A DNA stretch of 38,377 nt, taken from positions 1 through 38,377 of the forward strand of contig JAHLWZ010000956.1 of assembly GCA_020536535.1 (NCBI GenBank). The letters run 5' to 3'. Shown one piece after another: positions 1-13,152 of the stretch (within the stretch, counting starts at the first letter, position 1; every line of letters begins with the position of its first letter). Source of the DNA: Pelomyxa schiedti. Taxonomy: Eukaryota; Protista; Evosea. Both the position numbers and the translations under genes were made by a program. The notes below the pieces were generated by a model. That model did no database searches. It was not told the DNA's origin and saw only the letters and a program-made list of their open reading frames with translations.

Positions 1-46
1 CACTAATGTACGCTTAGAAGAGTATTTTGTTAAAAAAAAAAAAAAC
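1..46. repeat. Perfect 46-bp inverted copy of 1202-1247
   Basis: cactaatgtacgcttagaagagtattttgtt(a)14c is the exact reverse complement of 1202-1247, which lies in intron 2 of the hydrolase gene. Confidence 0.95.
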
Positions 47-2194
47 CAAGAAACAACACACCAAGACAAAAGGGGCAAAACAACACGCCCTCTTCCCCGC
101 GTCCCAATCACAACAACCGTTGCTGAATTCTACGAGACTGAGGCCCAACTCGCCCAACTTGTCTTCGGCCGCCAGCACCGGCGGCTCGCCGTCCTCTTCC
201 AGCAGCCCCTTGTCGTCGCCGTCGCCGTCGCGCACATCGTCCACCACAGGGTCGTCTACGCAGCCGTCGTCGTCGTCGTCCTCGTCCTCGTCGGCGCCCT
301 CTACTAGACCCTCCACCCCGGTGCTGCGGCCGCAGTCGCCGTCGCCGTTCGCGCCGCTGCAACGCTCCTCGACCCCGACGCCTATCTCCGCCTCTTCTTC
401 TTCTTCTTCGTCGTTTTCTGGTGGTAGTGGTGGAAATGGGCAGGGAGTGCCGGTTGTGCTGGTTCCGGGGCTTAAGGGGTCGAGTCTGTTTGACCAGAAT
501 ACGGGAAAGTGCATTTGGTTGTCAATGACACAGGCTCTGGGCGTAAGCCCTACCACCACTGCTTTGCCATTATGGGTGGATGACACCGCAAGACAGGTAT
601 GTTTGGTTTCCAGCTGTGTGACATTTTTTTTTTCTGGGAAGTGTGAGGGGAAAACAAAAATGAGCACACAATTGCACATTTCTTTCCAATCCAAAAGTAC
701 CAACAAGACCTCTGAAAACTCTGGCTGATGACTTTTACTTTTGATACACTATCTCAGGCACAGGACTCGACAAGGGTTGGTGGTATCCTCCATTCATTGT
801 CTGGCATCTTCCCTCTGTACAAGCCTGCCATAGCTCAGTTGGAAAAAGTATGTGCACAGCGTGGAACACAGTATTACGCCTTTTCATATGACTGGAGGCG
901 TGACTTGAATGAGTCTGCTGACGATCTGATCGCTTTTCTCACACACATTGCTGCCACTCATAACAGCAAGCTCCAAGTCATTGGCCACAGCATGGGTGGG
1001 TTGATTACCCTTGCAGCCTTAAATGCCCGTCCCGATCTATTTGACAGTGTAGTTTTCGCTGGTACCCCTTTCGGCACAGGAACAGCATTCTTGGAGGACT
1101 CCACTGAGCCACGGGCTTGCCAGTACACTGTAATTGATGATGTTTTTACTTGGCCCTCTGGTTATAATTTTATCCTTCCTCCAGAAGCCGACGTTATGTA
1201 TGTTTTTTTTTTTTTTAACAAAATACTCTTCTAAGCGTACATTAGTGACAGAGCTGCCCCATGGATTGGAAATTTCGTGGATAGGTCCGGGACACCCATG
1301 AACATTAATCTGTACAATCCACATCACTGGGTTGCCCATCGCCTTTCGATTTTCGACAAACAAAATGCCAAAGCATCACCACAGCAACTTAGGCACCTTG
1401 AAACTTGCATTTCACGTGCTAGGGCATTTAGAAGGAAAATACTCTTCGAACCATCTGTAAAATATCCACCTATTGCAGTTTTGTTTTCTTCCTGCTACCC
1501 AACAAAGATTTATGCCTTTGCCTGCTACACAATACCAGTGCACCTACAGTGTAAAATTGCACACCAACAACAATCGGACCAACTGAGAACATCTATTGCT
1601 GCAAACAAGAATAGACTCAACGCGAGTTCCGAGTCCATAGTTACACCAGACTCTGAACCTACAGACATTCCCATAATCACAACCGACATCCCTACCGACA
1701 CTCCCGACAAGGAGAAGGAGGATTCACCCCAACCAGAACACGTCATATTGCCAAATGACATATTTGTTGACGAAGGTGCCCCCACAGACAAACCTCTCCT
1801 CAGCTCCCCAACGTCCTCCCCACCCCCATCCTCTCCCGCTCTATCAACCGAATCCACCACCAGCACACCACAGCTCCCCACTCACAAGGCAACAGCAGTA
1901 AATACAATAACAACAACCACACCACCCGCAACACCCCCACTGATGCCGGAACCCCCGGAAATAGCATTGCCGGACATTCCGCAGCCGCCGCCGGCTTCCC
2001 GCTGGTCCCGGTGCTCCTGGGCTTGGATTCCAATGCCCAACTCTGGTGATGACAGAGTGGCATCACCGGGTGTGATTCCGCCGCCGGGAATCCCATACAC
2101 ATTGTACCACACAAACAATAGGCACTCACAATTGCTCGATGACACATCAGTGCCCCACATACTCCAACTACTCATTCAGAAGTCCCATCCCTGA
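47..2194 (+). CDS. LCAT/PLA-like alpha/beta-hydrolase (lipase/acyltransferase), 5'-incomplete, 2 introns
   Basis: Motifs VPVVLVPGLKGSSL, FSYDWRRDL, nucleophile elbow VIGHSMGGL, and late GDDRV and RHSQLL (candidate Asp/His). GT-AG introns 597-757 and 1198-1251 restore one frame to TGA 2194. No in-frame ATG precedes the Ser-rich N-terminus, so the start is probably missing. Confidence 0.85.
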
Positions 2195-2328
2195 AGGATA
2201 AAAAAGTTTCTTTTCTTCGCTTTTTCCCCGAAATCATGAGATCCAAACGCCGAAAGGTATCTTCGAGACAAACTCGACAGCAACCCCGGTGCATTAGCAA
2301 ACCCACAACAGCAGCGCAAACACAGATA

Positions 2329-4072
2329 ATGGGATCATCTGCGTCGGCAACCCTCACGTCGATCGCTGACTGGACGGAACCCAACCCCACCACTGAGGCT
2401 ACCACGACCACTACAACCGCTTCTAACCAATCATCGACGGGCGGAGGGGACGAAACTCCCACAATCGCCCCAACCGCGGAACCTCCGGCCTCTCGGTCGA
2501 GTGGAAACTCCTCCAACTCTGTTTCCGCCGAGTCTACCTCCAACGGCGGCACAGATGCAGCCGCAACAGCAACCACTACGAGCGCTGCCAGTACCAGCCC
2601 TACCAGCAACAGTTCCGCTACTACAAGTACTGCGAACGGGACTTGTGGGACGACAGGGAGTGCAAGTTCTGGTACTAGTACTAGTAGTAGTACCAGTTCA
2701 ACATCCAAAGTTGGTGGTGGTGGTAGGACTACGTCAGGTGTCAGTGGGCTGGCGTGCCACGCACCGGGGGAGACGCCAGCCAATGTTCATCATTCCTTGT
2801 TCAGGCTGCCATTCTTGGACGCTCTGGAGGGCTGCAACAACATTCTTATTGCCGGTTTTTATGTTTGTTTTTCGCCTGCTCTAATGTCACAAACGACCCT
2901 CACTGTTAAATTTTCCTGACTTCAAAGACATCACGATAACCTAATCCAAACAAAAGGCTGTGGCGGAGGATTTGATATGTTTTCGGGCATTCCATTGTAC
3001 TTTGCTCTCAAAGCTCAACATAGAAATGTGCATTTGGCCAATCTGTCTTTTTCCAAGCTTCCTGCTGTATCTTTCATCTCTGCTACTGTTTAGTTCTCAC
3101 CAAACTAAGGGGAACTCCGAAGTTATTGGTAAAATTTGTTGGAGAATCACCACCTCAAGTGTTCAGCCGCATGCCCTCCCAGATTATGCCCCGGAGTACC
3201 ACTTTTTGGTATGTAACCTGGTTACCAAAATTCAATCTCATGAGAGTAGAAATTCATGCAAGCCCGTGGAGAGGAACTGTGTGTATATTGTATTGTACGT
3301 GACGACTACCTTACAGGTGTTGTCCCGATGGCGAATGTGTACCAAGTACAGTTCACCTATGACGTGCTTGTGCCTTTTAACCAATGAAAGATCCTCAGAG
3401 ACAGGCTCTCTCTGGACGCGATAATTCTTGTGGATGGTGGTACAGACTCCATGATGTTGGGGGATGAAGAGACTACAGGAACATTAATTGAAGACCATAT
3501 GAATATGGCTGCTGTGGACCTCGTAACAGGGTACCGCTCCTGTATTCCAGTATAGAAATCTCAATGTCCGCAGACTGAGAGCCAAGCTACTAGTCTGTCT
3601 TGGGTTTGGAGTCGACAAGTATCACGGAGTTAACCACGCACTATTTTTGGAGAATGTAGCTGAAGCTCAACGTTGTGGAGGGTTCTTTGGCTTATGGAGT
3701 ATGCTACCGACCATGGATGAAGCCCGTATGTATGAGGAAATCCACCAGTATATTGGGGAGCATATGGACTTTCCTTCCATAGTCTGCAACAGTATTTTGA
3801 CTTCGATGTGCGGTGGATTTGGAGACTATCACCCAAAAACTATTGCAAGAAGAACGCAATCCTCGAATTTATTCCTCAACCCGCTTATGTCTACTTACTG
3901 GGCATTTGATTCACACATAATAATGCGGAACTGTGTGAGGTACTACAACCACCGCGTCAATGGAATTTCCTGTTGGGAGACTTCCAGCATCAACGATTTG
4001 ATGACTAGGCTTGGTTCCTACCGTCGCCAACTGAGAGGCTCCCTCCGGCCCAATACAACCATCCCACTTTAA
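2329..4072 (+). CDS. DUF1152-family protein with S/T-rich N-terminal extension, about 5 introns (alternative ATG 2236)
   Basis: Spliced reading gives NILIAG-CGGGFDMFSGIPLYF, VHLANLSFS, IILVDGGTDSMMLGDE..GT..ED, LGFGVDKYHG, LFLNPLMSTYW, recognised as DUF1152 motifs. MGSSAS start resembles an N-myristoylation site. Confidence 0.8.
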
Positions 4073-4137
4073 AGGCCCGCAAAAAAAAGGTGGATGAAGA
4101 TAAAAGAAAAATTACAAAAGAATGCTTACAAAAAACT

Positions 4138-4716
4138 TCAGGTTCTTAGGAACTCATGGAGTTTTGTGTTGTTGTCCTCTTGCGTGAATGCACTTGTGAA
4201 AACCAGGGGTCGTTGATGCTTCACTGGCAGTGGGCCACTCACAGCCTCTGGGGAAATTCTTCGAAGGATTTCTTAAGGGAATTTCCGCGCTTGGTAATAG
4301 CTCCCCTTCAAATTAGATGAGCACCCAGTCCCATGTATCACAGCCCGAATGATGTTGGGCCACCTCACGTCGCAATGATACCTTTGCCATGAAGAACTTG
4401 TAGAGCCGTCAGAACGCTGCGAATGGTTGCAGAAAGCTCCAGGATGGTCCTTGGTATGTAGTGAATCCAACAGTGTGAGGGTTGATTACGAGTTTGGTTA
4501 TGATTTAAGAAAACCTGGTAGGAGGTAAGAAATGAGAAGAGTGTCGGTAGTGCAGAAGCTACCCAAACGTGAAACGGGTATAACGGCAAGAGAGGTAAGT
4601 GCTAATAATGCCTGTGGCGCTCTCTTATCGCCACTTCTGGAGCACCGACACACAGGTGGTTAGTACATTTCGTTCTTGATCAGCCGCTTCTCTCTCTGCT
4701 CCATCTCCATTTCCAT
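4138..4716 (-). pseudogene. Decayed protein kinase fragment (Crinkler/fungal-type kinase-like)
   Basis: Frameshift-separated pieces IPRTILELSATIRSVLTALQVLHGKG / HCDVRWPNII / WVLI*FEG; the DFE Asp position is a TAA and there are at least three frameshifts. Confidence 0.65.
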
Positions 4717-5027
4717 CTCCCTTTCCCGCTCCCTCGACAATCAACGATACGCAAGGAATCCGGGTGTGCCTAACTAACGCCGCCAAGCGAAACGTCTCGG
4801 TTTCGGTCTCTAATCGGAAGAAGCGGGATCTGGGGTTTCCTCTTCTTTCTTGGGCCCTTGGACCCAATAAAAGCCAGTGGCCCCAACACTGAGGCTCAGT
4901 GGTGCTCAGTATTGTGGGCAGAAAGTGGTGCCTCGGTATTTCACTTGTTCACGCAGACTGATGAAATGCTACCTAGAAGCCCATTTTTTCGTTTGAACAG
5001 TGTTTTCGTTTTTGGGGGAACCATAAG

Positions 5028-8000
5028 ATGCCAGTGTTGCCCAAGATCATTCCGGGGCCATTGCACGCTACAAATCGAGGGGCCATTGATTGGGCCTACG
5101 GTCTAGTGGCTTACGGATGTCACTCGTATGTGGTCATTGTGTCCCCTGCATCTCTAGAAGTTGCCCAGGTGAGTGACATGTTGTAAATGGCGAGTGAGGT
5201 CCCGGTGGCCACTTTTTTTTTTTTTTTTCCCCGTTGATGTTCTTTTGCTCCTTGTTGCATAGACACTGGATGGGCATAGTGCCTACGTTTCTTGTGTGAA
5301 GTGGACGAAGATGTCACATGGGGGACTGCCAGGTAGGGAACCAGTTCTCGCGTCTGGTGATAAAGCTGGCTCAATTTTGATTTGGAATATCTGGTTGAGC
5401 ACTTTCTCTTTTTTTTTTCCCTCTGACACAAGTTCAGTGATGCCTCTGTTATGAACACCCTTCGAGGTTTGTTACTTTCTTTTGGGTAGGGTTGAGAACT
5501 TGGTGCTGATCTTACACTATAGTGGAACATTGTGGTGTTGACCAACTCCAGTGGCACCCAGGTGCAACGGTACTGTAAGTCTCTTTTCTAAACTTCTACA
5601 GAAAATTCTGACATGCTGGTGTCCATTCACCATCCAGCAGCCAGTCAGCAAGCATCGATTATTTTGTGGAATGCAAAAGAAGGAAACCAAGTACCTTTTG
5701 CACTCCTGTTGTAGTGAACTCCAACCTTGGGAAAGGTTTGGAAGGTCAATTTGCCTGAAGTTCAGTACTCCTTGTCTCTGGTTTTTAGCCCCTTTGATCT
5801 TTCCACGCTTGCTTTTGCTTCACATCCTGGGGCAATTTATTTCATTTATGGTACAATTCATACTAAGAGTATACTGTGAGCCAACTGAAATTACTTTCAT
5901 AGATTTTAATCTTCAAACACCACCAGCCAAGGTAGACCAAAAATATCGGGTTGCGGGGACTAAACATCCTGAAAGCAAGGTGAACAGCGTTCCACTCATT
6001 AAAAAGTCAACAGTATCTAGGGTAAGAAATCACTGGAAGAACGGCACCCTGATTTGCTTCAAATGATGTTCTCACCACATACACTCAACTTAGTCTATGT
6101 GCTGAGCCCAAGAGAAATATCCATATTTGACATATACCTCAATAAGGCAGAAAACCTAGCTCCTCTTTGTTTCTAAGACTTTGAAATAGCCAATTGGGGT
6201 ATTTGGAATAGACTCCCAGAAAGAGGATTTCCAAGCAATGCTCTTGTGTAAAGATCACCCAGATATACTTCTGTGTCTTCATGTTGACGGAAGGTCGCTG
6301 AGGTTTTTTGAGTTGATCTCCTTACCTGTTCCACAGTGTCAGTGTATGGAACCGCAAGACTGGTTTGTATGATTACGAGCTGTCATGTTGGGCGGATGTG
6401 TTGCAATTTTCCAGAAAGAGTCAAAAGAAAAATGCTGCCATCTGCTCTTTAATCAATGGGCCCGTTAACGAATTACGATTAACTGCAGTTAGCATAGATG
6501 GAGCTGTGTATGTTACCTTTGTTGGTACTCCGTACAACTTTAACCAAAAAAAAAAAAAAAGATGGGTGTGGGACTATGATGAATTTGTAACACCAATTAT
6601 TGAGAGGACAACTCTCACTGGGGCAGTGAAACGCCAACGGTATTAACGTTTCTGCTTTGTGAATTTAACAAGTCTAAAAGAGGGAGACTCTCTGTTGCAG
6701 GAATGGTGCCTTCTCTTGCCTGCCCAGCAACCAGTGTTGTTATATCACCGTTTCACACTGGTCTAGCAGCTTTGACCACCCGTGGCAGTGTCCTTCAGGT
6801 GTGAAATCGCCAAACCTACGATCTTATTTTAGAAACGAAGATTGTGGATGTAGAACGAAGTCGAATTCAACATGAGTTTTCTGTCTGGTCGCACAAGGAA
6901 AAGATCACACCAATCAATGGAGTTGTATGGCTTGACCCAAATCAAGTCATGGTTTTCGGTTCTGAGCCAATGGAGTATGCAAACAGACACTGTGTACTGA
7001 AATTCTAACAGTTACATTATTAGTCTTAAGCGAGACTCAAAGAAGTTTATCAACAAAGTGGCAATACTAAACATAATGTCTGGGGTAGGAAAAGACATAA
7101 GACCGGTATTGTACATACATTGATTGATTGTACTGCCTTTTTTCCGGTCTCACGACGATTCACAGACCCAACCTGAACTAACATCTATCCGCGGGATCAA
7201 AGTTTCACATTCACGCCAATACTTTCTCATCCTGTTTAAGGATGGGTATGTTAAGACTTACCAAGACTTTCCATATTTCCTAACTCCCTCCAGACATCTT
7301 GAGGTCTGGCAAACTGCAACACTTTCCATCATAAAAACAATGAAAATTGAAAGTCAAGTAAACTGCGCTGAGTGGATACCAAATAAGCCTGGTATTCTTT
7401 TTCCCCCCTGTTTTTTTTCACACACAATAGCGTTTCCCGTTGGACCACAACCTTTGCGAAGGACCACTTCATCTTCTTCACTGTTTCATGACGAAGAAAT
7501 TCAATCGCTACCAGAGAGCTTTCTTCTCAGTTTAGCGTCAGAAGCTGTTCCTCTTGATCTTGTAACACGAAATACTGGTAATGGTTGGAGATGCTTCAGT
7601 GTCACTCCAGACACCGTAAAGCCAACAGCCCTCCCTCTCGATTTGGGCCAGACTCAACCCACATGCATGGCAATGTCAGTAATTTTATCCTAGCAATTCT
7701 TTAACAACATTCATTTCCCGCACCTGAAGGAAAGACCACTTTATTGCAACTGCCGATTCTTCAGGATTTTTACATATGTGGAATACTGAAACAACCGAAT
7801 CAAAGTTGCACATGATTTCTTGTCTCATCTCTAATCTGATAAAGGAGTGTACAGACTCATCAGGGCACCTCCCACCAGGTCATAACGCGAATCCAATTCC
7901 TTCCCACTGGGAACAGCCAGTACATCCTGGTCTCGTTTTCTGCTGGAATTCTTGGGATTTGGGATCTTGAGACAGGTTCCCGTGTTGCTCTGAGCTCGTA

Positions 8001-9777
8001 ATATGTTTTTTCTTTCAAACAACTCGGTAATAAGTTTCGTAGGTATCTGAGTCAACGTAACTTAAGTGCCATGGACATATCATGGTTGGGGGGATGCCCC
8101 ATTGCAGTGGCTTCTGACAAGTCGGTATTTTTGGTAATCTTTCTCAAGTTGATGCTTGTAGTTCGATTCGAGTTCTAGATAAGCTTATAACCACAACAAA
8201 CAATCGAGTACAACTTGGTACTATCACTAGGCCCAAATTCCTTTATTTAATGGAATTTCAGATGCACTGGATCAAACTCTACTCACAGTATACCTTCAAC
8301 CACCGCAAAGAGCTGCTCTAATTCACACAATGCTTGCACATCTCACGGTTCATTTCACATTCTGCAATAGTGGTCTAATTGTTTCAAAATAACAGCCCGA
8401 TTGCGTTTTTGGAGAGAAAAGAACGTTCCTCCATAGATTTGTGGATGAAGATGTGCTTAACGAACTTGAAAGAGCGCCAGACTTGCTTTCAAGGTGCCTC
8501 ATTACAGCAAAATATTTCGAAGCTGTACATGGTGAACTCCCCTTGATACTGCTAATCTCTTATACTCCAACCAAATAAACAGAACTAAGATTTTGGTCTC
8601 TTACAAACTTCGCCATACATAGACTTGAAAAACTGAATAGAGTAAAAGTAGTGGTTGTACAGTCAACTATGTCCAACATCTCACAGGCATCAACCCCAGT
8701 CGAGGAGAGTCACGAACCAGTGGAAGCTCTTACTCCAGCAAGATCCAGAAGGACTGCTGATGTTCCTCTAAATGGATTCTATGAATTACTGTCTAATGCA
8801 CCACAATTGATTGATGTATGCAATTTCCTGTCACTTTTACAAACCACAACTACAGCGTGAATATGAAAGGTCGGCTATTCATGGAAAGCGTCTAGCCAAA
8901 GATGCACCTGAAGACCAGTACAAAAAACTTGCCAACTTCAGTAAATAGCACTTGTACTAAGAAACCTGTTTGATATCTCTACAGATATTCTGCTTGGAAA
9001 GCGCCATGAAGCAGCAGACCTTCTTCTTTCCAGTCTTGGCAACAAAGAGATAAATTATCAGGCTCTTCTCAAAGCTTGTATTGTGGCTGGGTCTCTGGGA
9101 ACAGACTCCTTCGTCAGTACAGTCCAGATGGTTGCAACGAATTTCATTTCCAGAGGCAATGTCACTGAAGGCATTGAGCTACTCTGCATCATAAACAAAG
9201 CTTCGGTATGTCTAAGAGATGTTGCCCAAACGGAATCTAAGATAATCATAGGATGCGTGCAAGTATCTGCTCTCAGTCCACAAGTGGACCGACGCAGTAT
9301 GGCTTGCAAACCTTCGGCTAGATACTGCTGATTCCGCCGAAGTATTGCTTTCCTGGGTGTCATTTTTAGCTACCTCTGGGCAAATTGTTCCCCCCTCTCT
9401 CTTAAAGCACGAGCCTTACATCGCCTAGATGAAGGCACTTGAGGTCCTAGTCTGTCTAGGAGAATTCCACCATGTCTTACAGTTGCTTGTGCATCAAAAG
9501 AGCTGGGAAACTGCAGCGTTGTTTGCTCGTTGTTGCTCTGAGCACAATCTCCTAGTCCCAACAACAACAGAAATTTCCACAAGACCTTCACACACAGCCA
9601 CCAACATAACTCCACTCCCTGAGGTACATTCCTCCCTTTCCTTTTCTCCTTCTAACTTCTTCCCAGTTATTGAGGCTTGTATATTTGAACTACTCACAGT
9701 ACCTTTCCAGTGGCACAAGTCTCGAGTCTGCTTCAGTTTGGTACTCTGAACACAGTGTAAAATCCTCCTCATCATAG
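5028..9777 (+). CDS. WDR11: WD repeat-containing protein 11 orthologue, more than 20 short introns
   Basis: N-terminus MPVLPKIIPGPLHATNRGAIDWAYGLVAYGCHSYVVIV, internal SPREISIFD..LCLHVDGSVSVW, and C-terminal LKACIVA..TVQMVATNFISRGNVTEGIELLCII, DACKYL..W..AVWLA, KALEVLVCLG match recalled WDR11 blocks. Can be spliced by hand into a continuous frame. Confidence 0.9.
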
Positions 9778-9858
9778 CCAAACCCGTTTGGGAAAACCCC
9801 CAACTCTCCACTATCAAAAAAAAAAAATTTGTTTTTGGCCAATTTTAAATAATACAAG

Positions 9859-12800
9859 TCACACCATTCTCAGTAGGTACAGGGGGAGAATCTGTGAGCT
9901 TTTAAATATCACCCACTCTGTCTTGTCTGGGCTCTCATGACTGTCATAACCTGGCAGGCACGGCTTTCCCGTGAGCCTCGAGGTTAGGTGCTTCACAATG
10001 CCTCGCAACACAGCACATATGAATACACACCTGTGGGTCAGTAAGCCTTAGTAAACAATAGATAGTGTGATAAAGATAAGAAAGAAGTGAATGGCATACC
10101 CACTGGCACCATATCCAACTGCCATGGATGCCTGAGGGGACAAGTATATTCCTCGGCCGTACCAGCCGCTATCAGTCCTGTGCTTTACACCACTGGAGCT
10201 TCCTGGTACTAGTAATCCTTTGGATAAAATTCCTTGCTCACGGTCTTTGCCAGTGCCGTGGAATGCAATTGTCAAGCCCTCATTTCCCGGGCCATTCCTA
10301 TCCCGAAGGTTCTCATACTCAGCTACAAATCGTGACTTGAGAGTCTCACTGGCCACAGGTGACACTCGGGGTTTCCAGCCGGCAGGCCTTCCGAACTGCA
10401 TTATACCTCCAAGTGCTACAGATACTTGACTAAGGGCATCTATGACCATAGTGGGTGTTATTGGGGTTCCTTTTATTACAGCAGAGGTGGAAGATGACCT
10501 TTTTTTTTTTGGTAGTTTGTTAGCGGTATATTTTAGAAAGAGGGCTGTACAAGGATGCAGGCGGTTTGGTCATAGATTTCAATTCACCTTCTGTCAGTAG
10601 CTTTATTGAGGGGTTTTCACTGAGCCATCGTTGGTAGTGTGCTGAGAACTCATCATCGACTGCGAGAACATGTGTAACAGCAGGAACCTTCTTCTTTACA
10701 ACACGACCTCCAGCTGCGGTTATAGAGGTCTGTGACTTGTGAATGTACTACCAACGTACTTGAGAAGGCATACAGTAAGATTGAGAACGGTTTGGGGTGA
10801 GGTAGATTTTGGGCTAATAATCAACACAGTAGCCCCAGATAAAACCTGAGGTACAGCAATCTCGATTTCAGGAGGCTTAGATGTCGTTATTGGGGTGGAA
10901 TACACGGGTAACGTTAGAGGGGGAAAAGGCAAGGTGCCACCAAAGGGTGGAAACAAAGCGGGGGGCCCAACAAAACTTGGTGGAGGTGTCAGGTATCCTG
11001 CTGGAGCCTTGTAGTGCACTGTTGGAGTTTTATATGAATCTTCTTCAGCAGCAAGTTTCCGTGCTAGGGCAGCATCCTTTCTCTCTGTATCCTCAAGGAT
11101 GCGGAGTTCCTCCTGTTGAAGGCTCAAGGCAAGTGCCAAACTGGGGTCCGAATCTGTGCTGGTTGTGCTTGTTGTTGTTGTACTTGTGGGGGGTCCGGTT
11201 TTTGTGGCTTCATCCTGCATTTTTCTGGCAATCTCGGCATCACGTTTCTCCATTTCAAGTTTTCTAGGGTTGAGTTACATACAAATATTTTTGAAGTAAA
11301 TGTACTTCTTCAAGAAGTGTTGCTCTTCGTCATAAAAGGACTTTGCAAGCTCCGCATCAGATAATCTGCATGAGCCTTACTACGCTTGGTTTACCATGGA
11401 AGTACACACCCGGTAGACGAAGGCAATGGGGACAGAGAGCGAGGTGCAATTACACTTGCTGGAGTAGGAAGTGGAGCTGCTGATTCTTGCATCTTTCTTG
11501 CGACCTCTTCATCTTGTCTCTCCTGTTCTTCCAGTTTTTTGAGCCTAGCGATTGTAGAGTACAATAAGAAACTAGTAGGAAATTCTCTGATTACCTTGCC
11601 AGGTCTTCATTATATAGTTTCCGCGCAAAAGCCTCGTCAGATTTAATTCTTTCAATTTCGTCTTCTAAAGATACGGCCCCAACATCCAAAGAAGAATCCC
11701 TCATTGCAGCACCAAATAGTTCTTCCCACGCACCGTCATCCACTGGGTCTACAGACAAAAATGGGGAGGTTACACTCTCAGTGTGGGAAGCTGCGCTCTC
11801 ACTACTTGCAAGTGAAGGGGTAACTGGTGAAGCGACCGTACATTTTGGACCATGGGAATCTGGTGCCACCACACTAGTTGCAGAGCAAGTCGCCAGAGTA
11901 GTATTCTTTGAAGACGCTGCAGTATCTACAATTTGAGTAGATGAGGCAGGCGGGGCAGATTGCATGCGTGGTGTATGAGCTAGTTCATGGTTGGAGGCAC
12001 TATCTTTTTGGACGACACACTGTTGTGCACTGGGTACTTTGTCAGGCGTTTGGCTAGTGACTGTGGTAGAGAATTCCAAATGTGGTGAAGATGGAGTCGA
12101 TCTTGAGGGAATGGAAGTAGTGTGGCACGAAGATTTCGGCGGTTTGCTTTCCCTTGCTTTTTGGGCTTCCAGCAGGGCTTCTGCCTGAGCTTGAATGAGG
12201 GCCTGAGTAAAAGAGGTGATCGATGGTTTGGCGGCAGTAGTAGGAATCCCTTCTGGGTGTGTCATTGCCTGATCTTGTGGCACTGCCGTTGAGAAAGTAG
12301 GGCTCGTTGTTGTCACAATTGCCAAAGGAGAACTTGAGTCAGAGCCGTGTACATGTGATGCTGTCTGCTTCTCTTCTTTGCTGACGATACCAACATCGGG
12401 TGGGAAGGAGGCTGAAGAAGTACTTGTAGTGCAAGGATCCATAAACGCCGATTGGTACCTGGGTGGTGCCATAAGCGTTTTCAGATACTGGTCCGCAAAC
12501 AAGTGTCCAGTAGCAGGACCAGTATCGACATTGGTCACAGTCGAAACCAAGCCAGCAGAACCAGAACCAGGACCAGAAATACGGCCACAACCTGCCGGAG
12601 AAGAGACACTGGTCACATCAGCAACAGAGGGAGTACTTTTCGTTGGGGTAGTAACAGAGACCACTATGACGTCGTCGTCATCCTTATCAACAGAAACATC
12701 AGTACAACTAGACGTGGCAGTTGCAGTTGCACTTGCAGCTGCAGTTGCAGTAGTCGTGGAAACAGGAGCAGGGGAAACCAGAATGTTTTTGTCCAATTCG

Positions 12801-13152
12801 TCGCAGTCGATCACAGTCACGACCGGCGCTGCCACTCGCTCGCCATTCGCGGCACTCCCGCTCGCACTCACACGGGCCGCGGTCGGGGACGACGTCGATG
12901 TCGTGGTGGTTGTGGTGGTGGCGTATATATTATGCAGGGCGTCGCTAAGGCTCCCGTGTTAGGCGGGCAGGGATACGCGGCACCAAAGTCGGGGGCTTGC
13001 GCCTGCGCCGTCTGGGCCTCGGCCTGGGCGGCTGGGTTCTCTGAGGGAGGCAGTCGTTGTTGTTGTTAGATTTGCGAACTGGTTGCCGTTCCCGTAATAC
13101 ACAAACCCGCTGATAAAGTACTGTTGCAAAACGTGTGTAGTTCCAAAACCAT
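9859..13152 (-). CDS. PARP-family ADP-ribosyltransferase with low-complexity N-terminus, MIU-like ubiquitin-binding repeats and BRCT domain (start uncertain)
   Basis: Catalytic motifs IAFHGT, GWYGRGIYLS, AVGY and TEWVIFKSSQILPLYLL. BRCT-like LSGATVLII..TAAGGRVVKKKVPAVTHVLAV. Helical DxxxARxL-type repeats at about 11050-11650. Stop TGA at 9859-9861; the two first exons are tentative. Confidence 0.8.

Noticed and set aside
14-706. Antisense ORFs over low-complexity GC-rich exons (also 2172-2783, 12378-13069, 27889-28590, 30325-31325, 35153-35857)
   Set aside because: Shadow frames of real genes with no recognisable motifs.
4887-4901. Palindrome cactgag-g-ctcagtg upstream of WDR11
   Set aside because: Too short to distinguish from chance.
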